Shown: positions 36,698-49,376 of the stretch, piece by piece
Layout: each line of letters starts with the position of its first letter
How positions within the stretch are numbered: position 1 is the stretch's first letter
Assembly: GCF_963921235.1 (NCBI RefSeq)
Contig: NC_086118.1
Coordinates: 18,726,001-18,790,000, forward strand
Direction: 5' to 3'
Length of the DNA: 64,000 nt
Source: Mobula hypostoma
Taxonomy: Eukaryota
Notes under the pieces: generated by a model
Database searches by the model: none
What the model was told of the DNA's origin: nothing
What the model saw: only the letters and a program-made list of their open reading frames with translations
Program-made: the position numbers and the translations under genes

Positions 36698-37649
36698 GAC
36701 CGACATGACAGAACGGATATGGGAATAGGAATTAAAATGTCTGGCCACCAGGAAGTTGGGGTTTTGGAATTGATCAGTGCTGTTGGAATGATCAGCATTA
36801 ATGCTCAGCATTTAATACTGATCTACTGATCATATACATCATGTATACAATCATGAGCACTGTGCATGAATATTAGGCTGCCTCGTGTCAAAAAGGTTCA
36901 CAAATTGCTTTAGTGTTTGTATAGGTGTTACTGAGGGAGATTGTGGGTAAATGATGTGGAGGGGGCAGGGAGGGAATGCACTTCACCGCTCATGCTCTTT
37001 CCCAATTGAAATAAAGGAGACTACAATATCAGGAACCAGTGCTTTTTGGCATTGTTTCTATCATTCTGACCACAACATGTGTTTGAAAAGAGAATGAGCA
37101 CTTGCAAACAAGTATTTCAAAATGAAAGTAGAACTGTAATAATGCTGGATTCTGACTTCAGAAGTATTTTGCCTGTAAGCATTATCATATTTGTCTTCGG
37201 AACTGCAGTGCAAAAAGAATTCTGGGTCACAGCGATTTTCAGTGCTGTGAACAAGTTTTTTTTGAAAAACAGATCTATGAATACTGTCCCATTGACATCA
37301 ACAAGTTCTAAAACTGCATCTCTCTGCGCAAAGTCATTAAATCATGAGCAGTTTTCAATTCCAAACTGTTCAACTGATCAGTCAGAAGCTGTGAAAATTA
37401 CACTGATGTACCATTCTTCATTATCTGTGTTCTCTAATTATATGAAAAAGCTGTGGCTAAAAACTTGAGGATGTTGACATTGAATAGTCAGTGAAGTGTT
37501 TACTTTTAGGAATCTAGGACTGAAAGTTATCAACCATTGGGTGAGCTACATGGAAACCAAGTGAATAACTGCATTTAAAGGGAGTTGGCTATGTACCTGT
37601 GTCTCTTTAAAGATATTTTATGCAGGTGGAATAGACATGAAGCAATTAC

Positions 37650-38105
37650 TGAGGTCATTGAGAGATTAGTAGTGGAAAGGGTGAGCAGCTTCAAGTTCTT
37701 GGGCATCAATATCTCAGGGGGTCTATCCTGGGCCAACATAATGATGCAGCTATGAAGAATGCACACCAGAGGCTCTACTTCATTTGGGATTTGAGGAGAA
37801 TTAGCATGTCACCAAGGACAAGGACTCTGGCAAATATCTACAGATGTAACATGGAAAGCATTTTGACTGGTTTTATCACCGCCTGGTATAAAGACTCAAT
37901 TGCACAGGATCAAAAGAGGCTGCAGAGTGCTGTAGACTCAGCCAGATCCATCATGGGCACAAGCTTCCCCATAATTGAGGACAATTTCAAAAGGCAGTGT
38001 TTCAAGAAGGCATTATTAAATCCCCTCAGCATCTAAGACACTTCCTCTTCTCATTACCACCACCATGAAGGAGGTACAGGAGCTTGAAGACCCACTTTCA
38101 ATATT
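37650..38105 (+). mobile_element. Rex1/Babar-like RT C-terminal fragment
   Basis: ERVSSFKFLG remnant; ORF 37752-38036 contains AHQRLYF...NIYRCNMESILTGFITAWY. Confidence 0.88.
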
Positions 38106-39212
38106 TTACCGGGATTTACAAAGGAGGAATCTTCTAATGAGATGTTGTCTAACTGTACCACCTATAAATCCCATTTTATTGTGATCTTATGCAGACTTCA
38201 TGCATTTATGGAATGTAAGGGTTGTTCAAAAGCCAGCATGTACTTTTCACTCTATTTGTCCTCGAATAAATGGTCTTGAATTGCTGGTGCATGCTGAAGA
38301 TACTTACACTGTATCTGTGTCAGGATCTCAAATTTACATGCAGCAATGAGAACATATTTCAAAATCAGAATTGTGTGTGAATTGGAAGGAATGTGAGAAT
38401 AAAGTTAATCCAGTTCACCTACTGCTTTTGAACTCATTAATGGTCAAGGTTGAGAGTACGGGAGGAATTACTGAAGAAGCCTACATACTTAAAGGTGGAT
38501 AGAGTATCAATCAAGTGGTCTACCTTGTTGGAACTGCATTTGTGCAGGCAAGTGGAGAATCTTCCCATGTTCTGACCTTGTGAAGCTTTGGATATCAGGA
38601 GTTGAGTCACTCACTCTAGGATGCCCAGAATTCATCGTTCTCGTGTATCCATTGTATTTACAGTACATCCACTCTGTCAGCCATACTTCTGCTTTTTACT
38701 GATGCTCGATCCACCAAACTTTGTCATTTTATTGGCCCATATTGTGCTTCCCTTCTATAGAGGGCAGCTGGCTGAAAGCATTGCATGGGTCAGCATGCTT
38801 CTGTACATCACAGTATGCCTATACAGCACGCTAGGTATAATTCAAGACAGTGGACAGTGTTACAATTTATAAACCATTAACTTCACTCTTACTTGGACTC
38901 TTTGCTCCCACAATTTGAATGGGATAGGAATCAATCAGAATGGAAAAAGTTCTCTTTCAAAATTATTTCAATAAATGTTATTTTATAGATGTGTTTTGGA
39001 AAATTCACTATTTTTTCTTAATTTTAATATTTTTTAATTAATTTAATTTATTTCAACTGTCTGTCTGTCTTATTATTGCATTCATCATGAGCAGTCTGTT
39101 TAAATGTCACCAGGTTAAAGCTACTAAGTGATTGCATAATCCTTTTAGATATGTTGTTTTATGCAAAATTTCAGTTGTCCCTCCTTTTCATCTCTCATCT
39201 TGTTTCATTACC

Positions 39213-39512
39213 TGGGGTGGCATGGTAACGTAGTGATCAGCACAACGCTTTACAGTACCAGTGACCTGGGTTCATTTCCTGCCGCTGCCTATAAGGAGTC
39301 TGTACATTCACCCCGTGACTGTTTGGGTTTCCTCTGGGTGCTCTGGTTTCAAAGGTGTACCAGCTGATGGGTCCAAAGACATACCGGTTGGTAGGGTAAT
39401 TGGTCTGTAAATTGTCCCATAATTAGTCTAGGGTTAAATCGGGGGTTGCTGGGCAATGTGGCTCGAAGGGCCAGGAGGACCTACTCCACACTGTATCTCA
39501 GTAAATAAAAAT
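39213..39512 (+). mobile_element. V-SINE (HE1-like)
   Basis: tRNA head GGCATGGTAACGTAGTG, V-domain GGGTTTCCTCTGGGTGCTCTGGTTTC, tail CTGTATCTCAGTAAATAAAA. Confidence 0.88.
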
Positions 39513-39977
39513 TTTAAAACATGTGCATGAAGGATGTACATATAAAATAAACAGGAGTGCTTCTTTCAAATCCTTAGTTGTAATTGACTTCTAATTGGTA
39601 AAAACAAGCAATTCGCATGGCAGATATTTGAACTTAATATACAGCTGTTCTCCAAATTACAAAAAGGGAAGTGCTTCTGAAAAATATTTCTTTGAACAAA
39701 ATTTTATAATAGAAAAAGGGCTGGGTGAATTGAATTATGGGTATTTTGGTGCAGTGTATTCTAGTCAACAGAGGGTGAGGTGTTCATTCATTATGACAAG
39801 GAATAGATTTATTGATCAAGGACTTGTGCCACGCAGAGGCATCATATCATATCACCCATATATAAATTTAACTTTTGTAATTTAAAGAATAGTGATTAAA
39901 AAGAGATGGGTGTGCGTATCATACCGTGGTTGCCATTTAGCAACAAATGGTTAAAAAAAATGCTACCCACCCACATC

Positions 39978-40402
39978 AAATTCAAGTTCAAGTTTAAGTT
40001 TATTGTCATTCAACCGTATACATGTATACCGCCAAACGAAACAATGTTCCACCGTACCAAAGTGATACAACACAGTACATAGAACTCAGACATAGCACAT
40101 AAGGTAATATTACCACAAATAAATTAACAAATAATAAGATGCATTTATGACACAAGTAAACACTATAAACTACTGGTGCTTCACATGTAATGAGACCTTG
40201 GTAGTGGCAGCATTCAGTAGTCTCATGCCCAAGGAGAAGAAGTTGTTTCCCATCCTAACAGCCCTTGTCCTAATGCTGTGGTACCTCCTGCCTAATGGTT
40301 AGGGATCAAAGAGATTGTTTGATGGATGGGAGGGATCATTGACAATGTTAAGGGCCCTACGCATGCAGCGCTCCTGATAAATATCTCAGATAGGTGGAAG
40401 AG
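39978..40402 (-). mobile_element. Rex1/Babar-like 3' end
   Basis: TTCAAGTTCAAGTTTAAGTTTATTGTCATT tail and GAAGAAGTTGTTTCCCATCCT...GTACCTCCTGCCTAATGG. Confidence 0.8.
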
Positions 40403-41829
40403 ATCCTCCTTCCCCCAACTTGCATTTGTACAAATTATATTGTATTTATACTGCAAGACCTCTCTGAACACAATGAGCATTTTGGCATTGATGCACAAAA
40501 TTATTCAAGAACCTCAGACCTTATCATTAACATTAGACTCAGCTTGCATGCGGAGTCATGCATGGGGAATCAAATTGCTAGATTATATGGGGAGAGCTGG
40601 TGTATTTACATCACTACCCTCCCCACAAAAAGCCAGAATATATACTAGATAGAAATACCATGCTGCGTTTGGAGAGATATGTCACAGCATATTACCTCAA
40701 AACTGCTTATTACTATTTCACCAGCATGCAATAAATTCGAAAGTGTGCTGCTTAAAAGGACAGGACTATCATATGATGGAATGAATGGTGCATTACAATG
40801 CCAATGAAATGTGGCTACGTATTACGAAATTGTTTTCTGTAATGCAGTAAGGGACAATTGTTAGGTCCCCTTTAGGTCGTTTGGAGTTTAATTGCTGTTG
40901 GGGAAATTCTCAGATTAATTAAATGGTCTGGCTGAGTCTTAAGGAGACTCAGATAATTACAGTAGATGTTACTTCCAGTTTCCCTATAGATTTGAATTGC
41001 CTTTACTTAATTCCAATTTCTCAAAGTGTGACCAAACTCTGCATGTGAACTATCTCTTTTCATGACAGTTTTATGCTACTGCTGCTGACCACACACAGCC
41101 TTTAATGCAGAACTTAATTAAACGTATGCGATTATGGCAAGAGCCACACTTTAGGATTTGAGATTGCAGTACACACTTCAAAGTAAACATCGAAGTGGAA
41201 TCTCAACACATGCAATTAGCTGTGTAATTCGGACTTGGTTTGGCTAGAAAGATTTGATTAGTGAATATTCTTAATCCATTTATGTCTATTTAATTAGATA
41301 TAATTCAGTAGATACATTTTGTGCAATAATCTCAATCCAGTTATAAAAATCTGTTATAAATGTAAATGCAATTTTTGCATTAGTAGTTTCTGGATAATGG
41401 TCAATTAATTTGCATGGACCATTTAATTTGTGGGTACTACTTATAGTTAGTTTTCTATAAATTACAGTGCATATCTTGTATATCTAAGTATGGATTTTTG
41501 TCTGAAAACAAAATATGATTTTTTTAATGCTATTTTGAAAATTCTTTCTCATCTCTCAGTAGGCCACCATGTCAGTATGAAATGATTTGGGAAAAGAAGA
41601 TTATGATGGAAGGATAGTCTACGGAGTCGAGTCTAATGAGAGAACCAGAACAGACAGCGCATTTACAATACCTGCCTGGATACTTTCACATTGGTAATCC
41701 AAACATATGGCAGAGCTGATATTCATTTGCCGATCCCTTAGATACATCCTCAGGTTTAAATCCATTGGGAAGTGATTTTGGTCCATAGTGGGCATCACAC
41801 TTGTGGACAACGTATTTTTTTTAACATTG

Positions 41830-41905
41830 ATAGTTCAAATTTCAGAGTTCAAAGTACATTTATTATCTAACTATGCATACATTATGGAACTCTGAGATTT
41901 CCCTC
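41830..41905 (-). mobile_element. Short Rex1/Babar-type tail fragment
   Basis: AGAGTTCAAAGTACATTTATTATC...CTCTGAGATTT. Confidence 0.6.
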
Positions 41906-43289
41906 TTTTTTTAGTGGCTCCCTATATGGTGACTGAGGACCTGAAAATAGTGAGCATCAGAAGTTCACCAGGACTTCTGAGATCCTTGCGATCTTGCTCT
42001 GGGCCTTCAATTCAGCCGTGTTTTTCTCTGTCTTTTGGTAACTGTGGCTGCTTTTCAGTTAACCCTCTGATATTCTGGATATCAGAGTAATAACTCACTT
42101 TAAGAACAGTCTTAAACTTTTTCTCTCTGCAAATAATCCAAACTATGCATTACTGGAACTGATTTGCAATTGTGCTAGCGAGACTTCTTTCTACAGGCAA
42201 TTGCCTAAATGCTAGTTTCCAAGATAGCATAAAGACCTAATCCTCATAGAATTATATCTACAGCTTTTCTAAGCAATATTGCGTCCTCCTTATCAATTCT
42301 GTTTGCACCTAGGTTCATAATTCATAATTTATGCATACTTTGTTTACTACTCCAGCAGTTCTCATCATGGTATAGACCAGGTGTCTGTTTACATTAATTT
42401 TTACTAAAGTATATATTGGACACCTTGATTTTCACTATTTTAATACTGCTATTTGAAGTTAAGTCCCATTATAATGTTACTCAAAACTCTGACTTTACTA
42501 GGATCACACTGTCTTTACCCTCTTGGAAATTTCCTCTGTTGTGATGAGTGAAATTACTTGTTGAAATGTTGAGATTTGCAATTTTCTGTGTAAACCTTTA
42601 ATAAATAAATAATAATAAAAGTTCTCTCACTTTGACCTTAAAAGACACATTGAGGCAAGCCTTTTATTGAAGATGATGTGCTAAATAATTTCTCACCATC
42701 ATCCTTTCTAAAGGAAGGATGTAGGCAACTACCAGAAATCTACAGGAAAATAAAGCATTTGCTACTGAGGAAAATGAGATGTGAACCTTCAGGAAAACAC
42801 AATGGAATGGTTAATGTCTTGAGCTGCTTGATAGATACATGACTACTGCTGATGAAATCAAATTTTAATCCTGATATACTGAAAAATTGTGAGAGCAACA
42901 CAAAATTATTGTCTAGTTACCATCCCATTACCAGTGTTGAGTGCTTCACAAAACACAGTGGGTGATTAGTAAAGAGTGCAGAGGTGCTTACTGAAAAAAG
43001 TTGCTCATGCTTCATGGATGTGCTGCTAAGAAAATAATGTCTGCAAATATTGGAGTAGTCCAGAATTGAGTAGTGTGGGTTGTAAATTGATGTTGTTGTC
43101 CTGGGATTTACTTTTGATTAGTAAAAGAAATTTGATAAGAATTTTCGTACAAGTTTTCCCTCTGGGTTGTTCAGCTTTACTTCTGACATAGTCATCTGAT
43201 TCAGGCATTTTCAACGCATTGGGCAGGTTATGTACCTGGTCTGCAAAGACATGATGCTTGATAGCAACTTCTGGCCCAACATGAACCTC

Positions 43290-44289
43290 CACGGTTTAAG
43301 ATGACGCTACTGAAGGTGTGCAACAGCTTACTAGTAGTTGGAAAGCAAAGGAATTTGATTAAAAACATTACTAATAACACTTTTTTTGAAGTAAATTATG
43401 GTAAACTATCAAATCAAACAATGAAGACGTGAGCGAAAGCAAATTCTCAAGATGCACTGCAAAATCAACGCATTTGGAGTTGGAGCCACGCTAGTTGGAG
43501 TGAACGATTCAGACGGGGCAGGATAGGACAGAGGAGCTCCGATGCCCGTCCAGCATCGGGTATGAGGGTAGATCATTCCAATTGATTTGGAGAGGTCAAG
43601 AATGCCTTCTTTAACAGCGAAATCTAGGTCCAAAGAGAATCACTTGGTAGCACTTTCTGGACCTGGAGTGCTTCGGCACAGTGAGGCCGGGTCCTAATGC
43701 GAGGTACAATATGCTGTTTGGACAATCTAAATGCCAGCCAGGATAGACTGAAAGGCAAGATATCGAGCGAGGTTGGATCACTCTGGGCACCGAGCTGATT
43801 TGGAGAGGTCAAAAACACATTCTCCGACAGCGGTCTAGGCCTGGAGTTATTCACCACAGTGGGGCCAGGTCCTATTGTGAGGTTTGGACAATCTAAACAC
43901 CGGCCCAAATAGTCTGGGGGCTCCTCTCTTCATGATGCCAAGGCTGTGAGACTGCCCCTGGCTGCTGTGCTTCGTGTCTGCGAACTTTACGGCAGTTTGC
44001 CCCACTAATATGATGAATTGAGTACCGTGGCTTTGGGCCTACTCTGGGCTGCTTCAGGGACTTGGACCTAAGGACTCAATTTGGAATGCTATTGTAGTTT
44101 CTTCTTGTGTTTACATGATTTGTTTTGTGTTTTTTTCTCTTTCTCTGCAGGCACTGGAGGTTTGTCTTAATTCTTTTTTAAATTAGGTTCTTTTGGGTTC
44201 CTTGCTTTGTGATTGCCTGTAAACAAACAAATCTCAAGGTTGTATAATTTATACGTTCTTTGATAATAAATGCACTTTGAATCCTTGAA
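43290..44289 (+). mobile_element. Non-coding non-autonomous retroelement with Rex1/Babar-type tail, copy 2
   Basis: Starts CGGTTTAAGATGAC and shares its 5' block and tail with 24343-25126. Has an internal duplicated unit. Confidence 0.8.
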
Positions 44290-44479
44290 TGTAATGAAAA
44301 ACATTAAAGGGAACATCTTATGGGTTACTTTTTCCCAAAATAGCCCCAAGTAGCATTTGTTGACAAAGCATGGACATTAGTTCTAATGATTTTATTAGTA
44401 TTAAAATTGGGAATTTATTGGAGTGTAAATGGGTCAGATGAATGTGCAGAGTAAAATTCAAGATGGAGATTTTCAGAGT

Positions 44480-44690
44480 CGAAGAGTCATACAGTGCAAA
44501 AGCAAATGCTTTGTCCCACTGAGTATTCACCTTTGCTAATTACATATCCCAACACTCGGTCCATAGCTTTATATGTCTGGACAATTCAAGTGTTTGCCCA
44601 TATCCTATTTAAATGTTCTGAGAGTCCACACATCCACGACCCATTCAGTCAATGTATTCCATTTTTCAACAACCCTCTGGACAAAAAAAG
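44480..44690 (-). mobile_element. Old CR1 3' fragment
   Basis: ORF 44605-44808 contains FFVQRVVEKWNTL...RTFK. Confidence 0.7.
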
Positions 44691-46699
44691 ATATTATTGA
44701 CCCAACAACATAGAACCAATACAACGTTAAGGCATCTTTTATCTTCATCACGGCAGTTTCTGAACAATCCATTTTAAGGAAGAGAACATTTGTTAATTTT
44801 AGGAACATGCTGCTACAGCAGGGTTATACCATCGTGAGGTACCAGCATGTTATAAGGATCATTTGCTAAGATAAATGTGCATCTTTCCACTTTCTGAAGT
44901 TATATTTTTAAAGTTCCTGGTTGGTTGTAGTATTGGTTGATTCCAGCTCCAATACAATTACTGTTCCACCAATATGAATTTAGATTTAGCAATGCAACAT
45001 TCCACTGGCACAGATCACCCAGGGCAATTTGGTCATTTAATGCCAATTTGCATCAGTTTAATAGAAAATGTTCATGCTGTGTGTTTGCAGCCTGTGGGAA
45101 TTAGACCAAAACTTTCTAAACTTATCTCAGGTAAAATCTTTTCAACTATCACAAAGCCTTCCCAGACATAATTGTAATTTGAATATGAAATCATAAAATA
45201 TTTTGGTTGCGTTATTTCTGGTTCTAATATTGGAAAAGAAAACCAGTACTGCGATAGGTAATTACACAATAAAATGCAATTGTTTCTTTTTATTTTGATT
45301 CTGGGAGGCAAGACAAGCTTTGTAACTTCAGTGTGGGTTAAAAGCCCTCATTTAGTATTTCTAAATGTGGGAACATCTTAATCTGAAGAATTATCTTTGA
45401 ATCATAATCTTTATTAACTATTAACTGGAGTAGAATTATAACATTGCCACAGTTAACTAAACCTAATTTGTTTTCCATATCACCAAAAGATCTTCTAATA
45501 TAATGTGAACATTAAAAAGGGTTGAAGTGAGTAGTTTTACCACCAACTCTCTGAGAGCTCCAGACTTGACCTTTACATATAAGCCTTAATGTTTCAACCT
45601 TGAGGAATACTAGATTGCAGAGAACATTACAGATGAATCTGATTATGTTTAGTATTCAACTTCCATAACTTCTGGCGTAAGATATGGAATAACCAACAGA
45701 AGCAGTAATATCTGCCTCCTTATCACCTCTGCCTCCTGGGATCACTACCATTATTAGCAACGACCACCGTGCCAACATGAAAATAAAGGTTGGATCAATC
45801 TTTTGAAGAGCCATTTAATGATTGATCATAAATATCTTATATTGACCTCATAAACCTGATGGTAAACATTCCAAAATTAAAATCAAAAGAGCATAAATAT
45901 ATTTTTTCCATTTTCTTTGAACACATTGAAATCATTTTTTGTTCAACCAGCTGAATTTTTGTATGATCTAATTTCCTGTGCTTCTCACACCAAAGGGTGA
46001 TCTAAAGTTTGTGATGTATGCCACAACTCTCCCTTCAAGAAACTAGTGATAGGTCCTGATGTTTACATTGGTGGTAACACTGTGAGAAAATGTCTGCCCA
46101 CCCTCCCCAATTATCCCTGCTCCCAGTATCTAATTTTACATGTTCCTGCTTATGATTTGCTATTCTCACTCAATATGTTTTAAACAGTTAATCAGTCATT
46201 ATAGTATTGTATTCTGTGATAACCATCTGATTTGGCAAAAGTAGTTAGAAAGGTATCCCTATTAATGATGATGAAAGACAAAGATTTATTGGTCAATGCT
46301 ATTTCATCAAATGTGCCTACAGAATTGTAGAAAACAGTCAGTAGTAATCAGCAGTCCATTGGAGAAAAGAGCATTCTATGCCCCCTGAGTTACAAGGAGT
46401 TCTGTAGGGCATGCCACCATGAATCCTGGAAACGTAGTTTCCACACACTGACTTTAACGATCCTCATGCTGATTGCATATTTTTTTTATTGCCAATTGAT
46501 GGTGATGTTGCCCTGGACAACTGTCAAACAAAATTGTTTTATTACGTCGTATTTTTTTTTATCATTTTGACCGCATATATTCTCCATGAACCTTGGCGTA
46601 CAAAGAATCACTTATTCCTGTGATACCAAGAATAATTTAATATTTGGTTTTGGAGTTGACAGAAATAATTCCATGATCTGATGCTCTCAGGAGAAACTT

Positions 46700-46917
46700 A
46701 TGTCTGGCTTTACCTGTCTCCCACCTATCTGTTGCCCATCTCCACTCCTCCCACTCCCCTACTTGGTTTCTTCAGTCTGTATCCCTTCACAAATCATTAG
46801 CCCACTGCTACTTCACAGCCCCCTCCCCACTTTACTCTGGGATCTTCCCTCTCCACTCTCAGTATTGATATTGGGCTTGAACCTGAAATACTGAAAATTT
46901 CTTTCTCTACATGCTGG
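46700..46917 (+). mobile_element. Old PLE terminus, left part; continues at 49377-49430 after Academ copy 2
   Basis: Pyrimidine-rich pLTR-like stretch ending CTCTACATGCTG; resumes GAGTTCTTCCAGCAGTTTTTTTTTGCTCCAGATT. Confidence 0.65.
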
Positions 46918-49376
46918 TACTCTGTGAGCCAGGACCCCAAATTTGGGCCACCGGTACCATCTGGGGGGAATAATTCTTACAGTGATTTTTGGTAAAGTAT
47001 ATACCACTAGTGCTAGAAAATATGTGATAGCATTGCAGCGGTGGTAGCTTTCTGTGAGGAGGACTGGGAGTTGCACCTCCATGCTATAAGAATCATCCTT
47101 TGCCTATGATAAGATGAATTCTGCCAGGTACCTGTCCCCTTACTTTGCTCAGATGATGAACCTCCTAGACAAAAATCCTTCTGTGTTTGAGGCCTTCAAG
47201 ACAGTCCAATTCTCAGTGCAGCTGTCAAGTAACAACCCCTTTGGGCAGATCCCTGTGGACCAGGCTATTGAAGCCACAGTGAACAAAGACACACAGACTC
47301 CTGGAGGCACATCATGGTTCAGCGTGAATGCTGGAGCTATCAAGCGTTACTACATAACAGCTGAGCACCACAGTACATTCCTGGGACAGTTAAGGGAGAT
47401 GGTGCAAGGCAACAAATCAGAGAGCTTTGTCATGCGGAGCTACAGCGGCCAAGAATCCAGAAAGATGAGGAAGCAGTTTCAGCAGCGGTTAGCCTCATAC
47501 ATGAATGGGTCAACCCATTTGCAGAGAAGTGGGACCTCATTAGAATCTCTACAGCAAAGGCAGCCTCCAAGGACATTGCCTCCAACCTGATGAAGGCATA
47601 TGAGATTGGTGAGCAATGCTATGCAACCGTCAAGGATGAGAGACTAGAGGAAGACCCACCAGCAAAGAAACTCCCTGACCTAATGAAAGCCAACAAGCTG
47701 AAAGCATTCAGTGATATGTGTAAGAAGAGAGAAGTGAAATCAAATGGGAGGGCGATCATCTTGAAAGCAGACAGGTCTTTGTTTGAACACATCATAGTGA
47801 TGGCACAAGGGCGCAGTCTACGTATGGAGGATATCCTTTCTCATCCCCTTGGACCATTGCCCTGGGCCCTGTCCACACCAGAAAGATTGCTGAGAAAGAC
47901 AAATAAAGCTACTTTAGCCACAACCTTGCAGAAAAATGTAGCAGTAAAAGAGCAACTCCCAGGAAACTCTGCTACAGTAGTTGATGGAATGAACTCGGTC
48001 CAAAGAGTGAAAGACGATTAAGTTACTTTCAGAGATGTTGCCACAACAATTGTGGGTATGGCTCTGAGGGAAGGCAGTCAGAGTAACAGAATAGATGTTG
48101 TGTTCGACACATACAAGGAGAACTCTATCAAGAATAGTGAAGGATCTCTACGGGGTGAAGAGATTGGTCATGAGTTGCAAGGCATCACAGGCACACAGAT
48201 GGTGAGGCTGTGGAGGAGCTTCCTGACCAAAGTCAGTTACAAAAATAGTCTCATTAGCTTCATAGTCCATGAATGGAGGAAGGCAGAGTACAGAGCAAAG
48301 CTGCAGGAGAAGATCCTGTATGCAACTGTGAATGACAAATGTTACAGAATCACATCTCAAGACAGTGAGGAGGTGTCAGCTCTTCAGTGTCAACAAGAAG
48401 AAGCAGATGGCCATCTACTTCTCCATGCTGCCCATGCCACAAGAGAAGGATACCAATCTGTAGTGATCTGTTCAGAAGACACAGAAGTCTTTATCATGTC
48501 TTTATTATTTTGTGACAAGATTGAGGCCCGATTATTCCAGAAGTGTGGCACTAGAACCCGTACAAGTCTTTTAGACACCAGGAAGGTTGCTGTCACTGTT
48601 GGCATAGAGGTTTGTAGGGCTCTCATTTGGTTGCATGCATATATAGGATGTGACACTGTAAGCGCTTTTGCAGGCAAAGGGAAGACAAGTGCCCGGAAAC
48701 TTCTGACCAGGAACAGGAAAACTCAGGACACATTCTTAGAGTTGGGTCAGGATCTACTGGCCTGTAACTGTCCAAAAAAATGTTCACTCCCAAGATGTAT
48801 GTGTGTTGCAAATGGCCTCAGATGTACTGACATGCGTAGACTGGCAGACTGTGAGAACCAGGCATCCACCTCAGAGAGTGTGGAATGATTAGATGAAGAT
48901 GTGGAAGACATGAAAGGCTTGGAAAATTATTATGATTATTAAATAGGTTATGGAAGTTTGGAAAACAAAGTATGGAAAGCAGTCTTCATTTTACAACCAA
49001 ATAGGGCTTAGGTTATGGCCGTGTGGAACCCCATATTCGAATCATTGTACTGTAATTCTATATGCTATGACAAAAGCTTGATTTTATTTTGATTTGATAC
49101 AATATGGAAAATATCATGACATTGATAAAACTCCAGAAATCTCTCCAAATGAGGTTTTTTACCATTTGGGGGGTGTGGTAACATTTTCTGCTGTACTGTT
49201 GTTAATATGGAATACTGTATATACAAAAAGTGATTACTTATTTGAAGTAATAAAGCTACCACTGGTGGAATGCTATCACATATTTTCTAACTCTAGAGAT
49301 GTATACCTTGCCAAAAATCACTATGAGCATTATTCCCCTCAGATGGTACCAACCAACCCCACTGGCTCACAGACTA
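46918..49376 (+). mobile_element. Academ DNA transposon, internally deleted, copy 2
   Basis: Termini TACTCTGTGAGCCAG and CTGGCTCACAGACTA. TIRs at 46918-47051 and 49252-49376. Collinear with copy 1. TSD not preserved (TGG / CGA). Confidence 0.88.
47052..48942 (+). pseudogene. Disrupted Academ protein, copy 2
   Basis: ORFs 47114-47590, 47590-48021 and 48052-48888 carry VVDGM, RIDVVFDTY, QEEADGHLLLHA, GCDTVSAFAGKGK and the C-terminal Cys cluster. Confidence 0.85.

Larger units (their letters stand above)
35552..36757 (-). mobile_element. Penelope-like element 3' part (outer, older copy)
   Basis: ORF 35746-35970 contains EEQYLIFHLCSLQPDGMNIDFS. The sequence resumes at 36698 after the nested copy. 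Confidence 0.85.

Noticed and set aside
37079..37468. 129-aa ORF as a gene
   Set aside because: GTG start, no recognisable domain and no convincing splice context. Consistent with a chance ORF.
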